From contig CAVRAG010000008.1 of assembly GCA_963718895.1 (NCBI GenBank), positions 1,056,001-1,120,000 of the forward strand: a stretch of 64,000 bases of DNA, given 5' to 3'. Source of the DNA: an uncultured Nitrososphaerota archaeon (GTDB lineage Archaea; Thermoproteota; Nitrososphaeria; Nitrososphaerales; Gagatemarchaeaceae). The notes below the pieces were generated by a model. The model saw only the letters and a list, made by a program, of their open reading frames with translations. It had not been told where the DNA came from and did no database searches. Positions 17,743 through 28,397 of this stretch are shown here, piece after piece (within the stretch, counting starts at the first letter, position 1; every line of letters begins with the position of its first letter). The translations under genes were made by a program, and so were the position numbers.

Positions 17743-19411
17743 TTGTCGGGGACCGTGCGCAATCGACTGACGGCAGGGGTGGAGAGGGCGCCCCAGAGAG
17801 CTATGCTCAGGGCCATCGGGCTGACGGATGAGGACCTTGAGCGTCCGATAATCGGCATCGCGAACACGTGGGTCGAGGCGCAGCCCTGCAACTACCATCT
17901 GCGCGAGGTCGCCCAGAAGGTGAAGGAGGGAGTACGGGACGCCGGAGGGACGCCCCTGGAGTTCAACACCATAGCGGTCAACGACGCCATAGGCATGGGA
18001 CACGAGGGGATGAAGGCCTCGCTGATCAGCAGAGAGGTGATCGCCGACTCGATCGAGCTCGGCGCAGTCGGGTACCAGTTCGACGCACTCGTGACCATAG
18101 GGGGATGCGACAAGACCCAGCCGGCCTGCGTGATGGCGATGGCCAGGACCAACCTCCCGAGCATCTACCTGTACGGGGGGAGCATCCCACCCGGCGAGTG
18201 GAACGGGAAGCGGGTCACAATCCAGGACGTCTTCGAGGGCGCCGGCGCTGTCTCGAGAGGCACGATGACCGTGCAGCAACTCCACGACCTCGAGTGCAAC
18301 GCCTGTCCGACCTACGGGGCGTGCGGCGGGATGTTCACGGCGAACACGATGTCCTCGGCAATCGAGGCGCTGGGTCTCACGGTGCCCAACTGTGCAGCCC
18401 CCATCGCTCCGAGCGAGCTCCGGATGCAGAAGGCCTACGAGAGCGGCCGGGCGGTGATGAAGATACTCGAGTCGAACACGCGGCCGAGGGACATCCTGAC
18501 CCGCGAGGCGTTCGAGAACGCGGTCGCGGTCGTCGCTGCCATGGGCGGCTCGACCAACGCCGTCCTCCACATGCTCGCCATAGCGTTCGAGGCGGGGGTA
18601 AGGCTCGACATAGATGATATCGAGCGGATGGGCTCGAACGTGCCCGAGCTCGCCGACCTGAAGCCGGCGGGCAAGTACGTCATGTCGGACGTCGATGTCG
18701 TGGGCGGGGTGCCCGTCGTGATGAAGCTCCTCTTGGACGCTGGGCTGATCCACAGTGGCACGAGGACCGTGACCGGAGAGACGCTGCAGGAGCGGCTCGA
18801 GGCAGTCTCCTATCCCGCGGACCAAGACGTCATCCACACGCTGGCCAGCCCGGTGAGGAAGACCGGAGGCTTTGCCATAATGAGGGGGAACCTGGCGCCC
18901 GAAGGGGCGGTGCTCAAGGTCACGGGCGCTTCTAGGAACACCCACCGGGGACCCGCGAAGGTCTTCGACAGGGAGGAGGACGCCTTCCACGCGATCATGG
19001 AGAAGAAGATAGTGCCGGGAGACGTGGTCGTCGTCCGCTACGAGGGACCGAAGGGCGGCCCGGGGATGAGGGAGATGCTCGTGGTCACGGCCGCGATAGT
19101 GGGTCAGGGATTCAAGGACTCGGTCGCGCTCGATCACAGATGGGAGGTTCTCCGGGGCGTCGCACGGGCTCATGATAGGGCACGTCTCTCCGGAGGCGGC
19201 CGTCGGCGGGGCGATCGCCCTGCTGCGTGACGGCGATATCGTGGACGTGGATGTCGAGAAGAGGAGCCTCAGCGTCGAGCTCTCAGAGACTGAGCTGGCG
19301 GCGAGGAGGGCCGAGTGGAAGGCCCCCGTCCCGCGCTACACCCATGGGGTCTTCGCGAAGTACGCTAAGCTCGTGACGTCAGCTTCGAAGGGCGCGGTCT
19401 GCGTGGTCTGA
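17743..19411 (+). CDS. ilvD: Dihydroxy-acid dehydratase, one apparent +1 frameshift near 19131
   Basis: [35 protein letters not shown]; removing one base restores [24 protein letters not shown]. Confidence 0.93.
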
Positions 19412-19498
19412 GACCGGGCTCTGCCCCTCTGGTCCGACGCCCCTCCCGCCAACGTTATCTTCTAGGACGAAAAGCGGACGGTCGAGCGTGATTTTCGG

Positions 19499-22360
19499 GT
19501 GAGCGAGGTCAATGTATTCGAGCTGTTCTCGCCACCCCTAACGAAGGCGCTCCAGGAGAAGGGCTTCCTGGCGCCGACCGACCCACAGATGAAGCTCTCA
19601 CCCCTGGTGATGAGCGGCAGGAACGCCCTCCTAATGTCGCCCACGGGGACCGGGAAGACCGAGGCAGCGTTCCTCCCGATCCTGGACAACATCATCCGCA
19701 ACGGCCTCGCGAGGACAAAGGGGATCAAGCTGCTCTACATCACCCCGCTCAGGGCCCTCAACAGGGACATGCTCGAGAGGATGAAGTGGTGGTGCAAGAG
19801 GTTCGACGTCCGACTGGGTGTCAGACACGGCGACACGACCGCGGCCGAGAGGTCCAGCCAGAGCATGGTCCCGCCTGACATATTGATCACCACGCCCGAG
19901 ACTCTGCAGGCCATGCTCACCGGGAGGAGGATCAGGGATGCCCTCACGTCGCTCAGATGGGTCGTCGTGGACGAGGTCCACGAGCTAGCCGAGGACAAGA
20001 GGGGGAGCCAGCTCTCTATTGCGATGGAGAGGCTGAAGAGGACCGCCGGGAGGCCCTTCCAGATCATCGGGCTCTCGGCGACGGTCGGCTCGCCCGAGAC
20101 GATCGCAAAGTTCCTCGTCGGCCAGGCCGGCGACTGCGACGTCGTGAGAGTGCCCGTTGAGAAGAGCCTGGAACTCACCGTCACAAGCCCGGAGCCCACC
20201 GCCGACGACAAGGTCTTCGCCGAGACCATCTTCACCTTCCCAGAGGTGGCGGCGCGCCTCAGGGTCATCAGGGAGATAGTCGAGAGGTACAGGTCCGTGC
20301 TGATCTTCACCAACACCAGGAGCGAGGCCGAGGCGCTGGCTAACAGGTTCAGGGTCTGGGATTCCAAGCTGCCCATAGGTATCCACCACAGCTCCCTCTC
20401 GCGGGCGACCAGGGAGGCGGTGGAGAGGAGCCTGAGGGAGGGGAACACCCGGGGGGTCATCTGCACGAGCAGCCTCGAGCTCGGCATCGACATCGGCTTC
20501 CTCGACTACGTCATCCAGTACAACTCGCCGAGGCAGGTATCGCGGCTGATACAGAGGGTCGGGAGGAGCGGGCACAAGATAGGGAAGACCTCCAAGGGCC
20601 TGATCATAACCCAGGACTCCGACGACACGCTGGAGGCGATGGTCCTATGCAGGAGGTCGCTTCTGGGGCTGCTGGAGCCGCTTGCCCCCTTCAAGAACGC
20701 GAACGACGCCGCGATTCACCAGATTGCGGGCCTGCTGGTCGAGACGAGCTCCTGGAGGCTCGAGGACATGTACACCCTGATCAGGAGCGCGTACCCCTAC
20801 TCCACGCTGAGCCTGGAGAGCCTGAAGAACATCCTAGCCTACATGAGGGACAGGTACCCCAAGCTGCTCCACTTCGCCGAGGGCGAGAACATCGTCAAGA
20901 GGGCGAGGGACTTCAAGCCCCTCTTCGACTACTACTTCGAGAACCTCTCCATGATCCCCGACGAGAAGCAGTACATCGTCATAGCGGAGGGGGACCGCCC
21001 CGTCGGCGTGCTCGATGAGGCCTTCGTCTCCGAGTACGGCCAGGTCGGGGTCAAGTTCGTGGAGGCGGGAAGGTGCTGGAAGATTCTGGAGATCTACGAG
21101 AACAAGGTGTACGTCGCGCCAGAGGAGGACCCGACGGGGGCCGTGCCCAGCTGGGTCGGGGACGAGATACCCGTCCCCCTGGAGGTCGCGCTCGAGGTCG
21201 GCGCCATACGGAGGGAGTACGCCGAGCAGGTCGCGGGGTCGAACGGCGAGGCCTTCATCGAGCAGCTCTGCACGAGGTACCCGATCGACGCCCACGCCGC
21301 TGCCGTGTCCCTCAAGGAGGTCGTCGAACAGCACTCGATCGGCCTCCCCGTCCCCTCGGACAGGCTCGTCACCATAGAGAGGTGGGACCGGTACGTCATC
21401 GTGCAGGCCTCGTTCGGGCACAGGGTGAACCGGGTCCTCGCGAGGGTCCTCGCCCACGCGATATCCGAGAGGCTCGGCCAGTCGGTCGCGGTCCACCAGG
21501 ACCCGTACCGGATCATACTCGAGGTCGACGCATCCACAGAGCTGGTGCGCACGACGCTCGAGGGGCTCGTCGACAAGGACCTCGCGGAGCTCGCGCGGGT
21601 CGCGGTCGAGCGGTCCGGAATCTTCAAGCGACGCCTCATCCACGTCGGAAAGAAGTGCGGAGCCATTGCCAAGGAGGCCGACTACGCCAGCGTCTCGATC
21701 TCGGGCCTGATGGAGGCCTTGAGGGGGACGCCGGTCTACGAGGAGGCGATCAGCGTCATCTTCCACGACGACTTCGACGTGCAGGCCGCCCGCGACGTGC
21801 TGCTGAAGATCAAGGGTGGGGAAATCGGGGTCCAGGTGATAGAGGCCGAGAGCATCAGTCCTCTGGCCCGAATTGGGGTCGAGGAGGTCAGCAGGAGGGG
21901 CGAGATAGTCTCGCCCGAGAGGCTCAGGGCGATTATCCGGCAGTCGACCGAGGCCCGGGTGATGGACGCCTTCCTTACGGCGGTCTGCACCAACTGCTGG
22001 GAGTACACGGAGCCGAAGCGGATCGGGAGCGTGGAGTTGGGGAGGTGCCCGAAGTGCGGGAGCGACTCGATTGGATTCTCGACCGAGTCCTACGAGTCGA
22101 TCTTCAGTCTCGCCCTGAAAGCGAGGAGCAGGGCAGACCTGCGCGGCAAGACCCTGAGGATGGTAGAGACGCTGAAGAAGTCCACCGAGCTCCGCAGGGA
22201 GTATGGCCTCGACGCGCTCGTCCTCATGGGTGGGAGGGGAATAAGGCTCGCCGACGCCACGGGCCTGCTCGCCCGGAAGAAGAAGGAGGGTGGGGACATC
22301 ATCGACTACGTGATCGAGGGCGAGAGAGAGGCGCTGAAGAGGCGCTACTTCGCTTCCTAG
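19499..22360 (+). CDS. lhr: Lhr-like SF2 helicase with C-terminal Zn finger
   Basis: PTGTGKT, YITPLRALNRD, DEVH, SAT, SSLELGID, QRVGRSGH, CTNC...CPKC. Confidence 0.93.
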   Translation: MSEVNVFELFSPPLTKALQEKGFLAPTDPQMKLSPLVMSGRNALLMSPTGTGKTEAAFLPILDNIIRNGLARTKGIKLLYITPLRALNRDMLERMKWWCKRFDVRLGVRHGDTTAAERSSQSMVPPDILITTPETLQAMLTGRRIRDALTSLRWVVVDEVHELAEDKRGSQLSIAMERLKRTAGRPFQIIGLSATVGSPETIAKFLVGQAGDCDVVRVPVEKSLELTVTSPEPTADDKVFAETIFTFPEVAARLRVIREIVERYRSVLIFTNTRSEAEALANRFRVWDSKLPIGIHHSSLSRATREAVERSLREGNTRGVICTSSLELGIDIGFLDYVIQYNSPRQVSRLIQRVGRSGHKIGKTSKGLIITQDSDDTLEAMVLCRRSLLGLLEPLAPFKNANDAAIHQIAGLLVETSSWRLEDMYTLIRSAYPYSTLSLESLKNILAYMRDRYPKLLHFAEGENIVKRARDFKPLFDYYFENLSMIPDEKQYIVIAEGDRPVGVLDEAFVSEYGQVGVKFVEAGRCWKILEIYENKVYVAPEEDPTGAVPSWVGDEIPVPLEVALEVGAIRREYAEQVAGSNGEAFIEQLCTRYPIDAHAAAVSLKEVVEQHSIGLPVPSDRLVTIERWDRYVIVQASFGHRVNRVLARVLAHAISERLGQSVAVHQDPYRIILEVDASTELVRTTLEGLVDKDLAELARVAVERSGIFKRRLIHVGKKCGAIAKEADYASVSISGLMEALRGTPVYEEAISVIFHDDFDVQAARDVLLKIKGGEIGVQVIEAESISPLARIGVEEVSRRGEIVSPERLRAIIRQSTEARVMDAFLTAVCTNCWEYTEPKRIGSVELGRCPKCGSDSIGFSTESYESIFSLALKARSRADLRGKTLRMVETLKKSTELRREYGLDALVLMGGRGIRLADATGLLARKKKEGGDIIDYVIEGEREALKRRYFAS

Positions 22361-22372
22361 TCGGCTGCCTCA

Positions 22373-23287
22373 TCAGCCCGAGAACGAGCGCACCCGGGAC
22401 ATGGCGTCCTCGGCCTCCAGCTCGTACTGCATCGAGGACATCAGAAAGTCGACTCCCCTCTTCGAGTAGAGCGTGCGTATCAGGTCCCTCTCGGTGACCA
22501 GGCCGAACTTGTGCGACGGGAGGTCTTTGACCACCAGTCCGCCCACACCGAAGGTGGTCATCTGGTTCGCGGCCACGCGGACGTCCTCCTCGGCTCCGAT
22601 GGTAATCACGTCGGCAGTCATGAACTCGGAGATGTGCCGCTCGAACCCCGGGGAGCCGCCGCCTCCGTTCATGATCCTGGCAATGTGCCGTATCACGTCC
22701 TTGTTCGTCAGGACGCCGCTCAGCTCGCCCTTCCCCGTCACCACGGGTAGCCGCCTGACCCTCTTCTCGGACATCAGCTTCACCGCGTGGCCAAGCGCCG
22801 CTTCAGGCTCGGCGGTCGTGACATTGGAGTTCATTATCTCCGAGACCTGAACGTTCATCGGGGAGGAGCTCGTCCCCATCAGACTGACCAGGTCCCTTAG
22901 CGTCATTATCCCCTCGACGACCCCGAGCAGGTTGACGACGGGGAGGGCGCCCACGTTGTGGAAGAAGAACTTCTTGATGACCTCCCGCAGGCCATCACCC
23001 GGCTCGACCACGATCGGCTGGACGGTCATCAGGAGCTCGACAGGGATCTGGAGCGAGGCCTTCACGTCCTCGGCCGTCTTGAAGGACGCCATGGTGAGGT
23101 TGAGGGAGTCGATTATGTCCTGGACCGAGATGATTCCGAGTATCTTCCCTGACTCGGCGATCACTGGCAGGTGCCTGAAGTTTCTGTTCTTCATGAGCAT
23201 GGCGGCGTTAAGGACGGTCTCCTTTGTCGAGACGGCCACGGTCTGCCTAGAGAAGAGCCACCAGATGTCGGAGGTCTTTTCGGGCAT
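22373..23287 (-). CDS. Tandem CBS-domain protein (4 CBS)
   Basis: Repeated RHLPV/ALPVV/RRLPVV...GI(I/M)(S/T)xxD motifs. Confidence 0.9.
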   Translation of the reverse strand: MPEKTSDIWWLFSRQTVAVSTKETVLNAAMLMKNRNFRHLPVIAESGKILGIISVQDIIDSLNLTMASFKTAEDVKASLQIPVELLMTVQPIVVEPGDGLREVIKKFFFHNVGALPVVNLLGVVEGIMTLRDLVSLMGTSSSPMNVQVSEIMNSNVTTAEPEAALGHAVKLMSEKRVRRLPVVTGKGELSGVLTNKDVIRHIARIMNGGGGSPGFERHISEFMTADVITIGAEEDVRVAANQMTTFGVGGLVVKDLPSHKFGLVTERDLIRTLYSKRGVDFLMSSMQYELEAEDAMSRVRSFSG

Positions 23288-23295
23288 CTCGCCAT

Positions 23296-25446
23296 CTACT
23301 CCTCTATCGGCGTCTCCTGGGGCGGCACGTGCATCTCCTTCTTCTCCTCCTTGACCCGGACCACGGTGAACTCGGAGGCCAGCACCATCTGCCTCGTCTC
23401 GTCGGGGAGGGCGAAGATCCTGAAGAACTCCTCGAGCTTTGGCCCAACGATGCGGAGGTCTTCGTCGCCGAGGCGCCGCCTCTCAATCGTGGTTGGCTTC
23501 GTGTACTTGGTCGAGAAGAAGAGCACCAGGACCCTCATCATGAGGGCATCCGGAAGGGTCTTCGAGAGCAGCTGGACGCTGGGATACTCTGCCCGGCCTA
23601 TCTGATCGTAAAGCTCCTTGGCGAGGGTCCCGTCGAGGGTCTGGGAGTGCAGGTACCGGAGGACGTCCTCGCGCTGTGGTATCAGCCCCACCTGTTCTTC
23701 GCCTACCCTTCCCCTGATGTAGATCCTGCCTCCGACCATGCCCGTCCCGATGTAGTTCCTCGCGGGCCTCTTTGAATCGGAGAGGTTCAGCACCATCACG
23801 ACCCCTCCGGCCATGTACTCGCCGAGGTAGTCGTCGGCCGTCTCTCCGACGACGAGGAATGGGCGGTGGTTCTCGTACTCGCGCATCTGTATCGCTGCCC
23901 TGTTCCCGACGGTCCCCCGGACAAAGATGCTGCCGCCCTGGATGGCCTGGCCGGTCACGTCCCGTGAGCTCCCGTGCACCACGATGGAACCACTCTGCAT
24001 CGTGTCAGCGAGGTCGTCCGCGGCGTTGCCATATATCTCGAACGTCGCCCCGTCGTTCAGATTGGCGAGGCAGTTCCCCGGGAAGCCGGTTATCTGTATC
24101 CTGAACGGCTCTTCCCGCCCGTCGGCCTTGGGAGTTATGCCAATCCCGAGGTACCGCTGGCCGGTGCAGTTCTCGATGACGATGCCCGCCTCACCTCTGG
24201 AGTGGGCCTCGCTGATTAGCTCGTTGAGCTCATGGAACCCCTTGCCAGTCGCGTCGATCTTCCCGACCTGGCTCCCCGGAAGAGGGGGTATTTCGGTGGT
24301 CAGGGCTCCCGCCTGGAGGCCCAAGCTCCTCTCCGTCCCCGGCTCGATCATCCCGCGGCGCAGGGACGCTATGAAGAAGGCCCCCGGCTCGGGCGTCCAG
24401 ATCTTTGCGTGCCTTGACCGGTTCCTTATCTGATTCTCCTCGCTCGCGACATAGAAGTAGTCCGCGTCCTCCCCGACGAGCAGCGGCCTGAACTTCGACC
24501 TGTCCGTCAGAGCCACGAGGTAAGTGTCATGCCCGTCCGCGTATCCGGCGACGACGGCGAACGGCCCATCGAGTCTCGCCCCTCGGTACCGGTACAGGAG
24601 GTCCCGTACCGCCGGGGTGATGTTCCTCTCGAACGGGTTGGTGAGGACCCTCGCGGCGTCTCCCATGCTGAGACCATCTATCCTCAGGAGGTGGTCGAGC
24701 AGCCTCGCAATCACCTCGCTGTCTGTGCCGACGTGGCTCTTGATGCCCCAGGAGTTCAGCAGCTCCATGTTCGAGCCGTAGGAGCTGATGTCACCGTTGT
24801 GGACTATGGCTGTGTTCATAGATGCGAACGGATGGGACCAGATGGGGAGCGACCCTGGGGAGTTCGTCGGCTGCCTCGTGTGGGCGAGCCACATATCGGC
24901 GCCTCCCTCCTCCCTGTCGAGCCCCCACATGCCCGCGACCTCGGCCGGGAAGCCCACCTCCTTGTACACGCTGAGATATCTTCCGTACGAGAAGACCCTT
25001 CCCTCGAAACCGTCCCTGAAGAGCGATGTGTTGAGCGAGTCCACCGCCTTCTCGACCGACTCGTCGGGGTCCTGGCCGCGGGGTCTCAGATTCGCTTCCC
25101 AGACCACGAGGTCGGTCCGCCTCTTGTCGACTCTTCTGATCGTCGAACCGTCAACCGGACCGACGCGCTCTTCGAGCACGCCCATGATCCGGTTCGCGAC
25201 GTTCTCGGTCGTCACGAACGCCTGAATCCGATATGGCGCTGACCCCGGTGTCTGAGGCGTCCTGAAGGCGGCGTACCCTGCGCCTAGGTCGCTCCCCCTA
25301 TACTTTATGCAGGATATCCCGTTGATCGCGGCGCTGTTGGGGATCAGTGGCGAGTCGACCTTCCTGAGCATCCCGAAGACGCCGCACCCGTCCTTTACGA
25401 CGGGGTGTCCGAAGCGCCGGTCGAACGCTATGCCGTCGAGGTCCAA
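23296..25446 (-). CDS. gltB: Glutamate synthase amidotransferase (GltB1) domain fused to GXGXG (GltB3) domain
   Basis: DG-CGVFG nucleophile, AHTRQPTNS, HNGDI, GTDSE; GQRYLGIG, DYLGEYMAGG, IGTGMVGG. Confidence 0.88.
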   Translation of the reverse strand: MDLDGIAFDRRFGHPVVKDGCGVFGMLRKVDSPLIPNSAAINGISCIKYRGSDLGAGYAAFRTPQTPGSAPYRIQAFVTTENVANRIMGVLEERVGPVDGSTIRRVDKRRTDLVVWEANLRPRGQDPDESVEKAVDSLNTSLFRDGFEGRVFSYGRYLSVYKEVGFPAEVAGMWGLDREEGGADMWLAHTRQPTNSPGSLPIWSHPFASMNTAIVHNGDISSYGSNMELLNSWGIKSHVGTDSEVIARLLDHLLRIDGLSMGDAARVLTNPFERNITPAVRDLLYRYRGARLDGPFAVVAGYADGHDTYLVALTDRSKFRPLLVGEDADYFYVASEENQIRNRSRHAKIWTPEPGAFFIASLRRGMIEPGTERSLGLQAGALTTEIPPLPGSQVGKIDATGKGFHELNELISEAHSRGEAGIVIENCTGQRYLGIGITPKADGREEPFRIQITGFPGNCLANLNDGATFEIYGNAADDLADTMQSGSIVVHGSSRDVTGQAIQGGSIFVRGTVGNRAAIQMREYENHRPFLVVGETADDYLGEYMAGGVVMVLNLSDSKRPARNYIGTGMVGGRIYIRGRVGEEQVGLIPQREDVLRYLHSQTLDGTLAKELYDQIGRAEYPSVQLLSKTLPDALMMRVLVLFFSTKYTKPTTIERRRLGDEDLRIVGPKLEEFFRIFALPDETRQMVLASEFTVVRVKEEKKEMHVPPQETPIEE

Positions 25447-25447
25447 C

Positions 25448-27799
25448 TCAAGCAGCTCCTGCCGGTTTCACCCCGAGCTCGATCCGAGATGACGGGTCGA
25501 GGTCGATGGAGCGCAGCAGCTCCCTGTTGCCGGTCAGGGTGGAGTTGATGTTGCTTATCCCCGCCGCCCCGGCGAGCAGCTTGATGTCCTTCTGGGTGGC
25601 CGAGACGAAGTTCTCGAGCCTCTGATAGGCTCTCGAGTCGAGGATCATCTCGCGGTCCCCTTCCTCCACTCCGATCGCGAGCAGAGCGGCCTTTCCCATC
25701 CCGACACAGTCCGCCCCCAACGCCACTATCTTGAAGACGTCGTCGGAGCCGCGGACCCCGTTGCTCTCGGCTATTATGTTCAACCTGCCCCTCATCCCGT
25801 GTTCCTTCAGCTCACGGTCGAGAAGCGAGACTGCAGCCTCTATCTGCATGTCAGAGCCGATCTCGTCCTCGTCAAGTATGATCCCCGAGAAGCCCTCCTC
25901 CGACCTGACGAGCTTGATGATGGAAGCTATGGCCGACCATGAGGTGGGCGACCGCAGGAGGACCTTCACTCCGCTCTTGGCGAGGTCGCTCACCCGTGAT
26001 CTGGTCTGAGGGTCGCCGAGGAACCACTCCAGTCGTACGGCGCGCACGCGGGACTCGATTTCAGATTCGATGTCACTGATCATGCGCTCCCGGTACGGGG
26101 CCAGGGCACCTGCGCGGGCGTCGTCGGTGTCGATGAGCAGCCCCATGCCCGCGGCGACCTTGGCGAAGATCGAGACGACGCTGGGGGGCACCTCTTTCGA
26201 TAGGTGCGTGAAGAAGAACGGGGACGAGAGCCTGAGATCTGTACCCCCTATGTAGGTGGAGATCTCGATCTCTTCCCTGTAGGGGTCGATGCTGGGCCTG
26301 GTCACCTGCGCTCCGTCCGAGACCAGCCAGTCTGAGAGACGGACCGGTTCGTCGATGAAGGGAGGGCTGTTCGTGCCCATGCTGGAGATCTCCGACTCAG
26401 CGGGGAACTTGCCGGTCGTCCCAGCCATGTCCCTGAGGATGCCGATGCGTCCCGGAGGCCAGAGGTACTGCCCTTCGGGCAGGCGGGAGTATCCGTGGAC
26501 GTCCCTCCTCGTCTGGGACGCTGTGGCCTCGAAACCGAGTATCGACGCCGTCTCTTCGTTGAGAGAGCCGTGTGAGAGCAGGTCCCTTCGCCCGACAACA
26601 TCCCGGATGTCGTCCACGCCCATCTGCTCCAGCAGGAGCCTCATCTCGGCGTTCCAGCCATTGATGAGATTGACCATCCACTTGATGGACTGCTGCAGCG
26701 AGAGCGTCCTGGCCTGGTTCGGGGAGATCTTGTTCGTCAGGACAGCCGGGCAGTAGCCGATGTGGCACTTGTGGACCATGAGGCACCCCAGCGCCATCAG
26801 CGTGGCTGTACCGAGGCTGGTGACGTCGGCGCCGAGCGCCATCAGCTTGAGCGAGTCCTCGGGCGTGCTGACCCTTCCGGCCGCTATCACTGTGAAGCCC
26901 TTCCGGAGACCCTCCTTCCGAAGTATCGCGTCCACCGAGGCCGTCGCGAGCTCTATCGGTATCCCCACGTTGTTCTTCACGACGGAGGGGGCCGCGCCGG
27001 TCCCCGCACCCGCACCGTCGATGATGATGCCGGCCGCGCCCATCCTCGCGATGCCCGAAGCGATGTACGGGATGTAGTTCGTCGCGCCCACCTTCACGAA
27101 GATAGGCTTGCCCGTAGCCTCCTTCAGACCCAGGATTCTCTGGCCGAGGTCCTCGATCGAGTAGATGTCGTGATGGGGGGCAGGCGATATGGCGTCCTTC
27201 CCGATCGGAATCCGCCGCGTCTCGGAGATTGGTTCGGTCACTTTGACGCCCGGGAGATGGCCACCTATGCCAGGCTTCGCCCCCTGCCCTATCTTTATCA
27301 CGACCGCCTGGCCCTTCGTGAGGGACGATATCGTGACCCCGAACCTCGCCGAGGCCCACTGGACAGTGATCCGCGAGCAGTCGGCCACCTCCTTCAGCAG
27401 TCCGCCCTCGCCCGTCCCCGCTAGGACTTCCGTGATGTCGGCCGCCTTCGCTATGGCGATGTTGGGTGTCCCCGAGAGCGCGCCGAACGACATGTCCCCG
27501 AGATAGAGCGGAGAGGCGAGCGAGACGGATGACCCGCCGAACAGCGGGACGCTCAAACTCACCTTGCGGGGCGGCGGTACCCCAGGGGTGAACTTGAGGC
27601 GAAGCTTGTCGAGGACCCTCTGGGTGCGCTCGGAATCAGGGATCACAACTTCGGTGGTTGCCAAGCCCGTCGTCGCTAGCTGCCTTATGTGCTGGATCTT
27701 CCACTTCGTCCAGAACTCCCTTGACCTGGATGGCGGGATGGGCAGGTACGTGGTGACCTCTATTTGCCGACCCCTGCTCAGGTTGTTGAGCGTGGACAC
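25448..27799 (-). CDS. gltB: Glutamate synthase FMN-binding (GltB2) subunit with a second degenerate FMN-barrel copy
   Basis: MSFGALS, TGEGG, KIGQGAKPGIGGHLPG, SPAPHHDIYSIEDL, CLMVHKCHIGYCP; second copy QVTRPSIDPYRE...ALGADCV. Confidence 0.88.
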   Translation of the reverse strand: MSTLNNLSRGRQIEVTTYLPIPPSRSREFWTKWKIQHIRQLATTGLATTEVVIPDSERTQRVLDKLRLKFTPGVPPPRKVSLSVPLFGGSSVSLASPLYLGDMSFGALSGTPNIAIAKAADITEVLAGTGEGGLLKEVADCSRITVQWASARFGVTISSLTKGQAVVIKIGQGAKPGIGGHLPGVKVTEPISETRRIPIGKDAISPAPHHDIYSIEDLGQRILGLKEATGKPIFVKVGATNYIPYIASGIARMGAAGIIIDGAGAGTGAAPSVVKNNVGIPIELATASVDAILRKEGLRKGFTVIAAGRVSTPEDSLKLMALGADVTSLGTATLMALGCLMVHKCHIGYCPAVLTNKISPNQARTLSLQQSIKWMVNLINGWNAEMRLLLEQMGVDDIRDVVGRRDLLSHGSLNEETASILGFEATASQTRRDVHGYSRLPEGQYLWPPGRIGILRDMAGTTGKFPAESEISSMGTNSPPFIDEPVRLSDWLVSDGAQVTRPSIDPYREEIEISTYIGGTDLRLSSPFFFTHLSKEVPPSVVSIFAKVAAGMGLLIDTDDARAGALAPYRERMISDIESEIESRVRAVRLEWFLGDPQTRSRVSDLAKSGVKVLLRSPTSWSAIASIIKLVRSEEGFSGIILDEDEIGSDMQIEAAVSLLDRELKEHGMRGRLNIIAESNGVRGSDDVFKIVALGADCVGMGKAALLAIGVEEGDREMILDSRAYQRLENFVSATQKDIKLLAGAAGISNINSTLTGNRELLRSIDLDPSSRIELGVKPAGAA

Positions 27800-27842
27800 T
27801 ACTGATGGGTACCGCCGGTCGAATTTAAGATGATAGGTGGGG

Positions 27843-28397
27843 TCACGGGGCAGCCTCGCCTCTTGCCAGTATCAGGGTCATCAGAGACTTCTCGTCGACC
27901 TCGGCCCTGGTCCTCCAGCCAATCCTGAGAAGGCCCTTCTCGTCCTGGTCGAGGTAGCCTCGCTTTATGAACCGCTCAAGGGAGTAGTCCACCCTCCAGC
28001 GTGGGAACTTCTCCCTGAGGAAGGTCTCGAGCTCCTTTCGACCGACCCGTCCCTGCCTGGAGTTGACCATCGCGATCGAAGACGCGAGCACGGCAAGATC
28101 GTCTATGCGGAAACCTGCGCTCTCGGCTTCGCTGAGGGTCGGGCTCTCCCTGAACCGGAGCAGGAACCTCGTGGAGTCGTCCGTCCCCTCGATCCCCGGG
28201 ACCTCGTGCACCTCCATCCCGAGCTGCTTCAGGTCCCCCGAGAGCACCTGGAGGATTGTCTTGTAGTCCTTGCCCAGGTACCTCTTCATCTCCCATCCCT
28301 TCACACCGGGGTTCCTGCCCCGCTGGAGTATCAGGACCTGGAGCGCCTTCCTCATCTTCCTCTCCAGGAGAGCTCTCTCTCCGTCGCCTGTGCTCAT
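27843..28397 (-). CDS. Tandem winged-helix (kite; ScpB/Nse1/Nse3-like) protein
   Basis: Two helical wHTH-like halves, C-terminal IKRGYL...LRIGWRT; third gene of the SMC-like operon. Confidence 0.6.
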   Translation of the reverse strand: MSTGDGERALLERKMRKALQVLILQRGRNPGVKGWEMKRYLGKDYKTILQVLSGDLKQLGMEVHEVPGIEGTDDSTRFLLRFRESPTLSEAESAGFRIDDLAVLASSIAMVNSRQGRVGRKELETFLREKFPRWRVDYSLERFIKRGYLDQDEKGLLRIGWRTRAEVDEKSLMTLILARGEAAP

